Assembly: GCA_951813565.1 (NCBI GenBank)
Contig: OX638351.1
Location: 2,112,001 to 2,176,000 of the forward strand
Direction of reading: 5' to 3'
Source of the DNA: an uncultured Poribacteria bacterium
Lineage (GTDB): Bacteria; Poribacteria; WGA-4E; WGA-3G
Length of the DNA stretch: 64,000 nucleotides
The notes under the pieces are model-generated. The model did not search any database, was not told where the DNA came from, and was given only the letters and a program-made list of their open reading frames with translations. The position numbers and the translations under genes are program-made. Every line of letters begins with the position of its first letter. The stretch's first letter is position 1. Shown here piece by piece: positions 28,682 to 39,594 of the stretch.

Positions 28682-28764
28682 ACACAACTGACACAGTTCG
28701 TTTTCTTACAAAGCCGTAGAATTCCGTAACAGGTATTAAGGTTTTCAGGAACATAATTGAGACA

Positions 28765-29991
28765 ATGTTATCTCAGGAAACAACAAATCTCCTTCATCTC
28801 AGTCTGATTCAAGGTATAGGGACGAAAACCGTTCAATTCCTGATAAAGATTTTGGGTAGTGCTGAAAAGGTCCTAAACGCTTCTTCGCAAGAATTGCAAA
28901 AAATTGAAGGTCTTTCTTCAACAGCACGCGAACGTTTGATCCAAAAACGGCTCGGATGTCCATTAGAACGTGAACTGGAATTGATACACGAATTTAGATG
29001 TCAGATTGTAACACTATATGACGCGGCATATCCACCGCTGTTGAAGGAGATTGACACACCGCCTCTTTTACTCTACGTCAGAGGAGAGTTGAAACCAGAA
29101 GATGCGTTTAGCATTGCGCTCGTTGGGTCTCGGCAAGCAAAAGATTATGGGCGAAGGGTCAGTTACCAGCTTAGCTACCAACTTGCCAAACGCGGTTTGA
29201 CAGTGATAAGCGGATTTGCCAAGGGAATAGATACCTGTGCACATCGAGGCGCACTTGAGGCAGGTGGTAGGACGATTGCTGTTATGGGAAACGGGCTTAG
29301 TCTCATCTATCCTGCAGGGAATAGTGAATTGGTTGAAAAAATCATAGAGTCTGGTGCGTTGATCTCCGAATTCCCGATGGGTATGAAACCGAGGTCGGAA
29401 AACTTCCCAAGACGCAACCGCATCATTAGTGGATTGACACTCGGCACTGTTGTCGTAGAGGCATCAAATCGGAGTGGCGCGTTGATTACTGCCCGTCTGG
29501 CAAGTGAACAAGGTAGAGAAGTGTTCGCTGTACCTGGAGAAATTTTCTCTGAATTATCAACTGGCACGCATAAGTTGATTGATAACGGCGCAAAACTTAT
29601 CAGTACCGTGGATGATTTGTTAGAGGCACTACCACGACATGCCTTACACCAAATATCTGCCCTTACACCAACGCAAGAGTCAGACAGAAACATAGAGATT
29701 CCTGAAACACCACCTGTTATGAAAGGCGAACTTGATCAAACAAGCAGCACAGCTTTAAAAACTGCAGCTACAGAAAAGAAAAATACTACTCCCGTGGTCC
29801 CACCACCCGATTTAACAACTGATGAAAAAACGGTTTTCAATGCGATTGAAGTCCCTTCATCTCATATTGATACTATTGTCCGTGCAACGCAGCTGCCGAT
29901 CAGTCAAGTTTCAAGTGTGCTTTTGATGCTGGAACTCAAAGGTGCTATTCAGCAGTTGCCCGGTAAGCAATTTACAAAGACAAGTGGGTAG
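28765..29991 (+). CDS. dprA: DNA-protecting protein DprA
   Basis: YPPLLKEI, ALVGSR, ISGFAKGID, FPRRNRIISG, SGALITA, C-terminal wHTH LMLELKG. Confidence 0.96.
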   Translation: MLSQETTNLLHLSLIQGIGTKTVQFLIKILGSAEKVLNASSQELQKIEGLSSTARERLIQKRLGCPLERELELIHEFRCQIVTLYDAAYPPLLKEIDTPPLLLYVRGELKPEDAFSIALVGSRQAKDYGRRVSYQLSYQLAKRGLTVISGFAKGIDTCAHRGALEAGGRTIAVMGNGLSLIYPAGNSELVEKIIESGALISEFPMGMKPRSENFPRRNRIISGLTLGTVVVEASNRSGALITARLASEQGREVFAVPGEIFSELSTGTHKLIDNGAKLISTVDDLLEALPRHALHQISALTPTQESDRNIEIPETPPVMKGELDQTSSTALKTAATEKKNTTPVVPPPDLTTDEKTVFNAIEVPSSHIDTIVRATQLPISQVSSVLLMLELKGAIQQLPGKQFTKTSG

Positions 29992-30248
29992 TATAATGCC
30001 GCATAAATTAAGTGGATATTTTGGGTGCATTTGCGGCGTTTGTTGTCGCGCAATTCATTGCCAAATCAACGCCAAGCACACTTATGGCACTTGTCGCCTC
30101 TTACATTCAACATAATATGAGTTTCAAAATGCTATAAAGTCTTCTAAATGGTCTGTTATTTTCAGAATGGGTATAACTTTATTTGACTGTCTAATTGCAT
30201 CCACCCTTCAATAAAACGCAAACTTGCTCAAATTGTGGGAGTTTTAAA

Positions 30249-30665
30249 ATGAGAAAACAAAAACGCAATTCATTGGGCGAAAAACTATCAGGGAAATATA
30301 TAGACGCGGATACCCTATCAGATAAAATCAATCGCCAAATTAAATCAGGCGCAATTCAAGTTAGTAACGCACCTCTCACTCTATCTCCAATGGCTTGTTT
30401 AAATTTGAGTTTAACCTATAAAATCTACGACTGTCTTTATGATAATGAACCATTAACACCTGCAGAAATAGTTTCGCTTATAGGCTATGAAAAGCCTGAA
30501 GGTATAGTCACTCATACTCTTGAACGTATGAGTGATATAGGCATAACAAAACCAATAAACCATGATAATCTAACATCAGCCGATATACCAATTAAAGGGT
30601 TGTCAATTCTCCGGATATTGCATCAAATAAAAAAATGGGAACTCACAGAAGCAATTAAGATGTAA
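30249..30665 (+). CDS. Hypothetical protein, possible winged HTH
   Basis: GGGAG RBS; KIYDCLYDNEPLTPAEIVSLIG...LERMSDIGI; AT-rich. Confidence 0.5.
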   Translation: MRKQKRNSLGEKLSGKYIDADTLSDKINRQIKSGAIQVSNAPLTLSPMACLNLSLTYKIYDCLYDNEPLTPAEIVSLIGYEKPEGIVTHTLERMSDIGITKPINHDNLTSADIPIKGLSILRILHQIKKWELTEAIKM

Positions 30666-30686
30666 TAGGAATATTGATGGAGAAAA

Positions 30687-32049
30687 ATGTCCTACGAAAA
30701 AAGTCCCCATTTTGAAACACCTGAAGGAACAGCTGAATTATGGAGATACATGCCTATAGATAAATTCATGGCAATGCTCCATGCTGGATCACTTTATTTT
30801 CCTAATATCTACTATACTTTGGACAATTTTAGCTGTTTTCGTGAGGTTGGGTTAGAGAAAAACATATAGTTTTCATATTGGACACCTGTCGCCCCGCTGG
30901 GGCTGAAGCGGGTTGTTTACCGCGTTTCTATACACCTGTCGCCCCGCTGGGGCTGCCCAAAAGGTATTTTTGGACGAGTTCTTTCAGCCAGCAAAATCGC
31001 AGAAAATATAAATAATATAAGATGACACCTTAGCCCCAGCGGGGCGACAGGTATATAGAAGAAGGTAATTGCCGCTGTCTAAAGCCCCAGCGGGGCGACA
31101 GGTGTCCAATATTTTGCTTTGGACACCTAACAGTTTCTCAGCAAGTCCTCGAACAATATGTAAATTGTCCAAACTATAGTAATATCTATTTAAGGACAAA
31201 TATAAAGGGAAATTATCATTTTTCAGTCAACAAATTGTCCAAAAAGAGAATCTCTTTAATGAAACAACACCAATAAAACAAAATGACGCATTCATCAAAC
31301 AGAAAAAACTATTTGAAGATACTCATACCGAATTTGCCGCTGATGTGTATGAAAAAAGTGGTTTTGTTATACAGCATCCCCACTCATTTGAAGCATTATT
31401 AGAAGAATTTTCGAATCATTTAATGTTTTGTAATAGTTGGTTTATGAAACCATTCGAAAGTCATTCTATGTGGACAGAATATGGGGAAAAAATCCCTACA
31501 TCCATAGCTATTCAAACAACTGTAGGCGATCTCATTGACAGTTTGTATTTTGACGATAACGAATATCATATCCATATAGGTGAAGTGGAATACAAAGACT
31601 ATAAAGAAGAACATATTGCAGGCTATGAAGATTTTGCTTCACAAGACTTAACAGATCCTAACGTCGTTCTCAAACTATTTTACACGCCTGTTATGCACAA
31701 AAGAAATATATTTAAAGATGAGGAAGAAGTAAGAGCAATCATTTCATTTGAATCCATCTGTAAAAACTTCACAAATCAGACTTATACATCAGAAATACCG
31801 TTTTATAGTGACAGACTGTTCAAGACAAAAATCAATAATTTAGATGATGAAGATATGGCTAGCGATGATATGACTAACGATATGAAGGACATACCAACTA
31901 AAGGAATCCATATCGGAGCCAACCTTAAAAGGTTGATCAAAAGAATTGTAATGTCCCCAAATTACAATGATTATTTTTACGATCCACTAATAAAACTGGT
32001 AAAAGACAATGGTCTTGATCCAGTTATAGTTTATTTTTCTGATATATAA
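30687..32049 (+). pseudogene. DUF2971-like gene interrupted by a MITE
   Basis: N-part LWRYMPIDKF...SLYF, resuming at 31183 as YLFKDKYKG...CNSW...ESHSMWTEYG...IAIQTT...GEVEY...KRNIFKDEEEVR. Confidence 0.78.
30812..31179. mobile_element. 368-bp MITE with 18-bp TIR and 9-bp TSD carrying four REP-like palindromes
   Basis: ctatactttggacaattt / aaattgtccaaactatag; TSD taatatcta at 30803-30811 and 31180-31188; two copies of cctgtcgccccgctggggct plus two inverted copies. Confidence 0.9.
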
Positions 32050-32155
32050 TGGAGTTGTGATAGTATGAAAAACAAAATTATGCTCTGCGCCATCTTACTG
32101 CTATAACCTTGATCTCCCGCGAAATTTGAAACCACAATTAAGGAAGACAATTATT

Positions 32156-33136
32156 GTGAATTCAACAGAATTAGATTTTGAAAAATCTCTCATTGAATTG
32201 GAACGTCATCTCACACAGCTGGATGCTTTCGCGGAAGAACATCCAGATTTAGACCTCACGGAAGGGATTGCTGCACTGAAACAGAATGCTAACACGCTTA
32301 CAAAGCAGACCTTCCAAAAGCTGAGTCGTTGGGATAAAGTGCGATTAGCACGACATCCGCAACGACCACAAGCCTCTTTGTATATCAATGAACTTCTTGA
32401 AGAGCCCGTTGAACTTCGTAGCGATAAGTTGTACGGAGATGACCGCGCACTCATCGGTGGCTTCGCATGGTTCGACGAACAACCTATCGTCTACCTTGCC
32501 CAACAGAAAGGCACAAACCTTGAAGAACGACAGGAGATGAACTTCGGTTATACACATCCAGAAGGTTACCGAAAAGCAAGACGTTTGATGCAGTTAGCAA
32601 ACAAATTCAACCGTCCTTTAATCTGCTTTGTTGATACGCCCGGTGCCCATTTTGATCTCCGTTCCGAAGAATACGGACAAGCGTCAGCGATCGCTGAAAA
32701 TCTTGCTGAGATGATGCAGATGCGCGTCCCAATCCTTGTCATTATTATAGGAGAAGGTGGAAGCGGCGGCGCATTGGCAATAGCAGTCGGAAATCGTGTG
32801 TTGATGATGGAATATGCTGTCTATTGTGTTGCCCCTCCCGAAGCCTGTAGCGGTATCGTATGGAAAGACAAAGGCGAACACGCGCCTGAAGCAACGGAAG
32901 GCTATAAACCCACTGCCCCCGACCTGATTAAGTTAGACATCATTGACCAAATTATTCGTGAACCTCTCGGTGGTGCACATAGAGACCCGGAAGCTGCTGC
33001 TCGCGGCGTCAAGCGTGCAATGCGAAAACATCTCACAGAATTGCTTCAGATGACCGAAGACCAACTCATTCAACAACGTTATGAACGTTACCGAAATCTC
33101 GGACTTTTTGGGGAAGATGACGTTAACCGTACATGA
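32156..33136 (+). CDS. accA: Acetyl-CoA carboxylase carboxyltransferase subunit alpha
   Basis: LDFEK, ARHPQRP, PEGYRKA, DTPGA, GEGGSGGALA, EPLGGAHRD. Confidence 0.96.
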   Translation: MNSTELDFEKSLIELERHLTQLDAFAEEHPDLDLTEGIAALKQNANTLTKQTFQKLSRWDKVRLARHPQRPQASLYINELLEEPVELRSDKLYGDDRALIGGFAWFDEQPIVYLAQQKGTNLEERQEMNFGYTHPEGYRKARRLMQLANKFNRPLICFVDTPGAHFDLRSEEYGQASAIAENLAEMMQMRVPILVIIIGEGGSGGALAIAVGNRVLMMEYAVYCVAPPEACSGIVWKDKGEHAPEATEGYKPTAPDLIKLDIIDQIIREPLGGAHRDPEAAARGVKRAMRKHLTELLQMTEDQLIQQRYERYRNLGLFGEDDVNRT

Positions 33137-34263
33137 AGATCCGAACCATCACCACAGGCATCCCATTCCCATTTTCTGTATACCAACTTCAACGTGCTGC
33201 CGAATTTAACACCGCTTGTAGAACTTACTTTGAAGCCAACGACTATGAGGTGCAAACCACACGTGTAAGCTGCCAAATCTGGGATGAACGGCGAGATATA
33301 GATACCATTCTTTCATTAGAAACTGATGCACGAGCATTAGGGATTGAATTTCTCAATTTAGGTACAATCTTTCCGGAGAAACGGCTTACCACAGAGCATC
33401 TTGCACTTGTCGCTGATGTAATTGTACAAAGTGAGATACTCTTTGCCACCGCTACCCTTACAGCACAATCTGGACATGTCGTATCGGATATCGTTGAAAA
33501 AACAGCAGATATTATTCGGCAGATAGCGCACCGAACCGAAGCAGGCTACGGAAATCTCCGCTTCGCAGCGTTGATGAACTGCCCACCAAATACGCCTTTC
33601 TTCCCAGCTGCATTCTGGAATGACACCAGAACTAACTTCGGTATCGGATGGCAAGCGATTGACCTTGTAGAAACCGCTTTCGCTGACGCATCAAATTTAG
33701 AAATTGCGCTGCAAAACCTGAAAGACATCATGGAAACAGAGGGACAAAAAATTGTCGCACTCGCCGAGATGTTTGCAAAGGATTGGGGTATAAAGTTTAT
33801 CGGCATAGACGCTTCTCTTGCACCGATGGGTGATGAAAGTATCGCTTATGCAATGGAACAACAACTTCCCGGTTGCTTTGGTGAAAGTGGCACTTTGACA
33901 GTTGCAGCAGGTATAACACGCACACTTCGTTCGCTCTCGCTACCCTTATGTGGATATTCTGGATTAATGCTCCCTGTGCTTGAAGATGTCGGACTCGGAA
34001 AACGGAGTGAAGAATGTTATTTCAATTTAGACAGTCTGTTACTCTATTCTACCGTTTGCGGTACTGGTCTTGACACAATTCCTATCCCTGGTGATGCTTC
34101 TACATCACAAATCGCTGCTATTTTGACTGATGTTGCTACCCTCTCTATAAGACTTAATAAGCCATTATCAGTCCGTCTTTTTCCCGTTCCCGGACTAAAG
34201 GCAGGCGATATAACGCAGTTTCAGTCCCCTTATTTGACAAACACCGCTGTAATGCAGATATAA
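33133..34263 (+). CDS. DUF711 family protein
   Basis: MKIRTIT, VQTTRV, GIDASLAP, GYSGLMLPVLED, VCGTGLDTIPIPGD, KPLSVRLFP. Confidence 0.85.
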   Translation: MKIRTITTGIPFPFSVYQLQRAAEFNTACRTYFEANDYEVQTTRVSCQIWDERRDIDTILSLETDARALGIEFLNLGTIFPEKRLTTEHLALVADVIVQSEILFATATLTAQSGHVVSDIVEKTADIIRQIAHRTEAGYGNLRFAALMNCPPNTPFFPAAFWNDTRTNFGIGWQAIDLVETAFADASNLEIALQNLKDIMETEGQKIVALAEMFAKDWGIKFIGIDASLAPMGDESIAYAMEQQLPGCFGESGTLTVAAGITRTLRSLSLPLCGYSGLMLPVLEDVGLGKRSEECYFNLDSLLLYSTVCGTGLDTIPIPGDASTSQIAAILTDVATLSIRLNKPLSVRLFPVPGLKAGDITQFQSPYLTNTAVMQI

Positions 34264-34475
34264 ACAGGGCACCCTGATTCCGCATCAAGGCTATATTTAA
34301 ACTTTTCAGAACCATTTAATTCCTGCAAAGTACGCTTGTAGGAGGGCTTTGTCCGCCCGATTTATGTTTACGAAAACTGAATAACTCATGAACTTTTTCC
34401 TTGTCAATTGTCAAAGCATCTGGTAAGATAATAGCATATAACAGTTTTGCTGCGACAGGAAAAGGAATCACCGTA

Positions 34476-35933
34476 ATGGCTGACAAACCGCACGTGCTTC
34501 TCATCTCAACAGACCATTGGCCCAACTCGCTGCTCGGCGTCAACGGACATCCAAATATCCAAACACCAACACTTGATTCACTTGCACGCGCTGGCACTCG
34601 TTACACACGCGGCTATAGTGAATGTCCTGTCTGCGTCCCAGCACGAAAAACGTTGATGACAGGAACAACGACACGCACCCACAAAGACAGGGTTTTCAAT
34701 GATCGCAAAGGAATAAATGGACTCCCAACAATCGCACAAACATTTCGAGATGCAGGATATCAAGCTTATGCAGTCGGGAAACTGCATGTCTATCCACAAC
34801 GCGACCGCATCGGATTTGACGATGTGCTTTTAGGTGAAGAAGGCAGATTACAATATGGTGTGATTGACGACTATGAACTCTTTCTTGGCGATAGAGGGTA
34901 TGCTGGACAACAGTTTGCACACGGCATGTGCAATAACGATTATCTCAACCGCCCTTGGCATCTCCCAGAAGATTGCCACGTCACCAACTGGAGCACACAA
35001 CAGATGGTGCGCATGATTAAACGTCGCGACCCAACCCGCCCCGGATTCTGGTTCTTATCCTATTGCCATCCACATCCACCTTTGGCTCCACTTCAGTGTT
35101 ATATGGACATGTATCGAGATATTGATATAGACATGCCTTACCACGGTGAATGGTCTAAAGACACTGAAAAATTACCATTGCCGCTCAAATCACGACAAGC
35201 ACAAGATACACGATACAGCGAAAATCTAATCCGTTCTGCACGCCAAGCATTTTACGCACTCTGCACGCATATTGACCATCAATTACGGGTTGTTGTTGGA
35301 ACGCTACGCGAAGAAGGCATGTTGAACAACACAATCATACTTTTTACGTCTGACCACGGCGATATGCTTGGAAATCATCGGATGTGGGCAAAACGCCTCT
35401 ATTATGAAGATTCTGCGAATGTGCCAATGCTGCTTGTCGGCATTGCAGGTGACGATAGAGTTGGACGCCACAGAGTAGATGATCGACTCGTCGGATGGCA
35501 GGACGTTATGCCGACACTACTCCATCTTGCCGGAGTTGATATACCAGATACAGTTGATGGTATGCCAATGGTAGGTGACAAAAAACGTGAATGGTTATAT
35601 GGTGAAGTCGGTGACGGTAGTAGTGCCACCCGAATGATCCATGAGGGACGCTACAAACTTATCTACTACGCCACCGGAAACTACCGACAACTCTTCGATT
35701 TGGAAGAGGATCCAAGAGAGTTAAACGACTTGTCTAATTCACCCGCGCATGCTGAAATACTTGAGCGATTGACTAACCTTTTAATAGGTGAACTCTATGG
35801 TGGTGATGAAAAATGGGTGCAAGATGGTAAACTTGTCGGTTTGCCTGACCGAGAGTATCGTCCATCTGCGAATCGTAGTTTATCTGGACAGCGTGGGCTT
35901 CACTGGCCGCAATCTCCATCTACCGGACGTTGA
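34476..35933 (+). CDS. Sulfatase (formylglycine-dependent, Cys-type)
   Basis: CVPAR motif, GKLH, PHPP, TSDHGDMLG. Confidence 0.92.
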   Translation: MADKPHVLLISTDHWPNSLLGVNGHPNIQTPTLDSLARAGTRYTRGYSECPVCVPARKTLMTGTTTRTHKDRVFNDRKGINGLPTIAQTFRDAGYQAYAVGKLHVYPQRDRIGFDDVLLGEEGRLQYGVIDDYELFLGDRGYAGQQFAHGMCNNDYLNRPWHLPEDCHVTNWSTQQMVRMIKRRDPTRPGFWFLSYCHPHPPLAPLQCYMDMYRDIDIDMPYHGEWSKDTEKLPLPLKSRQAQDTRYSENLIRSARQAFYALCTHIDHQLRVVVGTLREEGMLNNTIILFTSDHGDMLGNHRMWAKRLYYEDSANVPMLLVGIAGDDRVGRHRVDDRLVGWQDVMPTLLHLAGVDIPDTVDGMPMVGDKKREWLYGEVGDGSSATRMIHEGRYKLIYYATGNYRQLFDLEEDPRELNDLSNSPAHAEILERLTNLLIGELYGGDEKWVQDGKLVGLPDREYRPSANRSLSGQRGLHWPQSPSTGR

Positions 35934-36007
35934 ATGTCTTTACTAAATGTGGTATTTTTTCATGGGTTGATTAAAAACGTTGCAACACTTAGTTTTGGAG
36001 ATGAGTT

Positions 36008-37750
36008 ATGAATTTCAGTGACGAAGATATCAAACGCCACATACGTTTAGGTGAAGATAGCCATTGGGAATTCAAGCAAATTGTGTTCGCAGGAAATAAA
36101 CGCAGGAGTCCCAGTCGTGACGATGTGGCAGACGAACTCGCCGCATTTGCCAACACGAAAGGTGGACTAGTATTATGTGGCGTAATTGATGACAGCGATC
36201 TTCAAGGTATGTCGCGCGAGCAGACGGACGAACTGGAAAGGTTCCTTGTGGAGGTGTGCCTTGACAAGATTACACCCTCCATATATCCTACTATCCTTCG
36301 CAAGAAAATAGAAGATAGTAAACCGTTCCTGCTCGTTGAAATTCCACAAGGATATGCACTGCACAATAGCCCCGGAGGTAGTTTCCATCGAGTTGGCAGT
36401 ACAAAACGACAGATGACAAGCGATGAACAACTACGTCTTGCACAGAAGCGCGCCCAATCCCGGTTCCTCTGGTACGACAAACAGCCGGTCCCAGGCACAG
36501 GTTTTGGTTCATTGGATGAATCTCTTTGGAAACCACTGTTGAGTGCTGAAGGTGCCGCTGCCCCCGAGTTGGCACTGGAGAAGATGGGACTTCTAACTAA
36601 TGACGAAAATGGTGTGACACGCGCTACTGTGGCAGGGGTTCTCTTGTGCACCCGTTCTCCAGAGGAATGGCTCCCCAACGCTTGTATCACTGCAACTTGT
36701 TACCGAGGTAAAGACCGTGCATCTGGACAGATAGATGCGCAAATCATTACAGGTCCATTAAATCGACAAATTGCAGAAGCAGTGGCTTTTACAGTTCGCA
36801 ACATGCGCGTCGGAGCATTCAAGAACCCCGCTCGTATTGACCTGCCTCAATACAGTGAAAAAGCACTCTTTGAAGCAATTGTCAATGCTGTTGCACATCG
36901 CGACTACGCAATTCAAGGCAGTAAGATTAGACTCTCAATGTTCTCTGATCGCATTGAAATCAACTCTCCCGGCAATTTGCCAAACAATCTAACGATTGAT
37001 AGCATGGATGTCCGTCAATCAACGCGAAACGAAGCACTCGCCTCAATGCTCGGACGAATAGCTGTAGAAAGCATCCGAGGATCGGGGGATAGACAATACT
37101 TCATGGAAAGACGTGGAGATGGGGTGCCAATTATCTTACGCGAAACAGAAGCGTTGAGTGGGGAATTGCCTAAGTATCAACTCATTGATGATTCAGACCT
37201 TATTCTCACAATTCCGGCTACTGCCACTGATGCGACAAGTGTAAAAGCATCTGTCCAATGCAATCTTCCCGGCTCCGAAATCCGGAAAGTAGACGTACAA
37301 TTGCTGTTTCAGAATGACGCATTAGCACGTAGATTTACTGCCGGAAGTGGCGATGTGCATATCAAATTGCCTGCTGTAAACCTTCCATTGACAGTGTTCA
37401 TAGCAGCCGATAGTTGCGCTGCACACATCGAACGTAATTGGCTACCAACACAAAGCGAACTTGTCGTTAAAATGCAACCTTTACCGGAAGGAGGATCAGT
37501 CCTCTTTCCAAAGGAAAATGGCAACGTCCTGGGTTTGTCAGGAGAGCTAAACCTGATTAGTGACCCTTATAATCGGATTTCCCTCTATACCTCCAATATC
37601 ACTATTAACCAAGGGCAACCACAGCCAATTCACTGCGTTCCAGGAGAATATCTGCTACTTACCGATGCTAACGGGAATGAATTAATAGTGTGCATCATTG
37701 CTATAGTGGGCAAAGCAGCACTACTGGAATATCGCTCATGCAGCAAATGA
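36008..37750 (+). CDS. AlbA_2/Schlafen-domain protein with a RecG-C-like (HATPase_c_4) region and a C-terminal extension
   Basis: GEDSHWEFK, AAFANTKGGLVLCGV, EAIVNAVAHRDY, DRIEINSPG, MERRGDGV. Confidence 0.85.
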   Translation: MNFSDEDIKRHIRLGEDSHWEFKQIVFAGNKRRSPSRDDVADELAAFANTKGGLVLCGVIDDSDLQGMSREQTDELERFLVEVCLDKITPSIYPTILRKKIEDSKPFLLVEIPQGYALHNSPGGSFHRVGSTKRQMTSDEQLRLAQKRAQSRFLWYDKQPVPGTGFGSLDESLWKPLLSAEGAAAPELALEKMGLLTNDENGVTRATVAGVLLCTRSPEEWLPNACITATCYRGKDRASGQIDAQIITGPLNRQIAEAVAFTVRNMRVGAFKNPARIDLPQYSEKALFEAIVNAVAHRDYAIQGSKIRLSMFSDRIEINSPGNLPNNLTIDSMDVRQSTRNEALASMLGRIAVESIRGSGDRQYFMERRGDGVPIILRETEALSGELPKYQLIDDSDLILTIPATATDATSVKASVQCNLPGSEIRKVDVQLLFQNDALARRFTAGSGDVHIKLPAVNLPLTVFIAADSCAAHIERNWLPTQSELVVKMQPLPEGGSVLFPKENGNVLGLSGELNLISDPYNRISLYTSNITINQGQPQPIHCVPGEYLLLTDANGNELIVCIIAIVGKAALLEYRSCSK

Positions 37751-37785
37751 ATGAAAATGACAGGAAAGATTCGTTTCATACATCC

Positions 37786-37814
37786 TTGACAAAAGAGTAA
37801 GAATTCGTTACACT
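37786..37814 (+). promoter_or_regulatory. Sigma70 promoter
   Basis: TTGACA-17 nt-TACACT. Confidence 0.65.
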
Positions 37815-37869
37815 AAAATTATTAAAACCATCTCCGCGTGTAAATGCGGACTAACTATGAGGGAGAAAT

Positions 37870-38223
37870 ATGTTAGCAGAAATACGTCACAGAGAAGGTG
37901 TTATTATTATCCGTCCCACTGGTCGCATGATCGGTGCAGCAAATGTTGAGATTAGACAGCAAATCCATGAAGAGCTTGAGGAGCACTTCGAATCACCAAA
38001 GGTCATTTTTAACCTTGAGGAGGTTACTCGAATGGATAGTAGCGGCTTAGGAACACTCGTTTCCGTGCACGTTACTATTACACGCAAGGGAGGACGCACT
38101 GCACTCGTCAATGCAGGCGCGCACATCAGAAACCTACTCGTCCTTGGAAGGTTAGCGACTGTTTTTGAAAACTACGACAGTGAAGAGGAAGCAATCCTTG
38201 AACTGAGCGCTGACAAGAGTTAG
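37870..38223 (+). CDS. STAS-domain anti-sigma-factor antagonist
   Basis: NLEEVTRMDSSGLGTLV. Confidence 0.9.
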   Translation: MLAEIRHREGVIIIRPTGRMIGAANVEIRQQIHEELEEHFESPKVIFNLEEVTRMDSSGLGTLVSVHVTITRKGGRTALVNAGAHIRNLLVLGRLATVFENYDSEEEAILELSADKS

Positions 38224-38307
38224 GGTTTTTATTTTCAACCATTTGCACTGCTATTAGCAGCTAAGTCGTGCTGCTCATATCACGATTGAACGAGATTAAG
38301 GAGATTC

Positions 38308-39465
38308 ATGGCAAATCAGAACGACCTTACACTTACTGTCAACGCAGGTTTCCACAACCGGGATGGATGTCCTGTAGTCATTAATGTTGACCATCCCGAA
38401 ATTAGTAAATTTTCTGAACGAGATGTCATCCTAACAGATTCAGAGAGCGGAGATGTTATCTCTGCGCAATGCTACACGAGTTCCGATGGCCTGTCTACCA
38501 CTTTAGCATGGGTATTGAACGGTCTCGCCGCAGGGGCTTCGCGCACCTATACGCTTTCAGAGGGAACTGTTGACGGTGAGGCAGGCGTTGAATTAAAAGA
38601 TGGGTCTGAAACGATAGACATCACGCTCAACGGAAGGCACTTCACAACGTTTCGCTACAGCAAAGCACAATATCGCCCTTATTTTTTCCCTGTATTGGGA
38701 CCAAATGGATGTGAAGTAACGCGAGGTGAAACAAGCGACATCTCAAAAGACCATGTCCATCACCGTTCACTCTACGTGGCTTACGGTGAAGTCAATGATA
38801 TTGACCTGTGGGGAGAAGGCAGCAATTCCGGACGGGTGGTGCATCAAAATTTCACTCAAAAACACGGTGGGGCTGTTGTCAGTAGAATTTATACTGGCAA
38901 CAACTGGGAAACCAAAGACGGTGAAGTTTTGATGACAGATAAGCAGAACTTCCGTATCTATAACCTACCTGAGGATGGGGCTGTTGTTGACCTTGATTTG
39001 AGTTTTATTGCCTCTGCTGGTGATGTCCATTTTGGGGACACAAAAGAAGGCGGCATCATGTCAATTCGAGTTCATCCATCAATGAACGCATCAGATGGCG
39101 GCAAGATCGAAAATGCTTTCGGCGGTATCAACGAAGCTGAAACTTGGGGTAAACGTGCCAACTGGTGCGATTATTCCGGTGTCGTTGATGGTACACCAGT
39201 TGGACTTGCTGTATTTGATCACATTGTTAATCCGCGGTATCCGACATATTGGCATGTTCGTAACTACGGATTGATGGGAAGTAACATTTTTGGGAGCGGC
39301 ACCTTTGAAAGAGACGCATCCAAAGACGGTTCCTATACGCTAAAAGAAGGTGAGGAGATGCACTTCCGATTCCGTGTCCTTATTCATGCTGGTGATGCCA
39401 CGGCAGGCAAGGTTGCACAAAAGTATCACGATTTTATCAATCCTCCGACCGTTGAAATTTCCTGA
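38308..39465 (+). CDS. 'PmoA-like' (DUF6807-type) protein, not a methane monooxygenase
   Basis: RPYFFPVLGP, DHVHHRSL, GDTKEGG, WCDYSG, WHVRNYGL. Confidence 0.72.
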   Translation: MANQNDLTLTVNAGFHNRDGCPVVINVDHPEISKFSERDVILTDSESGDVISAQCYTSSDGLSTTLAWVLNGLAAGASRTYTLSEGTVDGEAGVELKDGSETIDITLNGRHFTTFRYSKAQYRPYFFPVLGPNGCEVTRGETSDISKDHVHHRSLYVAYGEVNDIDLWGEGSNSGRVVHQNFTQKHGGAVVSRIYTGNNWETKDGEVLMTDKQNFRIYNLPEDGAVVDLDLSFIASAGDVHFGDTKEGGIMSIRVHPSMNASDGGKIENAFGGINEAETWGKRANWCDYSGVVDGTPVGLAVFDHIVNPRYPTYWHVRNYGLMGSNIFGSGTFERDASKDGSYTLKEGEEMHFRFRVLIHAGDATAGKVAQKYHDFINPPTVEIS

Positions 39466-39594
39466 AAATATGTGAACATTTCCCTTGGTCTGTAGGCGCG
39501 TTTTGTAAACGCGCTGTTAATAGAATATAAATTAGTTCACTATAAATTCAATCACATAGCATAGGGACAGTGCGTCTACAAAGGAGACTGATAT

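Noticed and set aside
30875..31112. Palindromic repeats with ~27-nt spacers as a CRISPR array
   Set aside because: Only two direct and two inverted copies, enclosed by TIR and TSD, with no cas genes; they are REP-like cargo of a MITE
38308..39465. Methane monooxygenase (PmoA label)
   Set aside because: Soluble protein with no TM helices and no pmoB or pmoC; the family name is misleading
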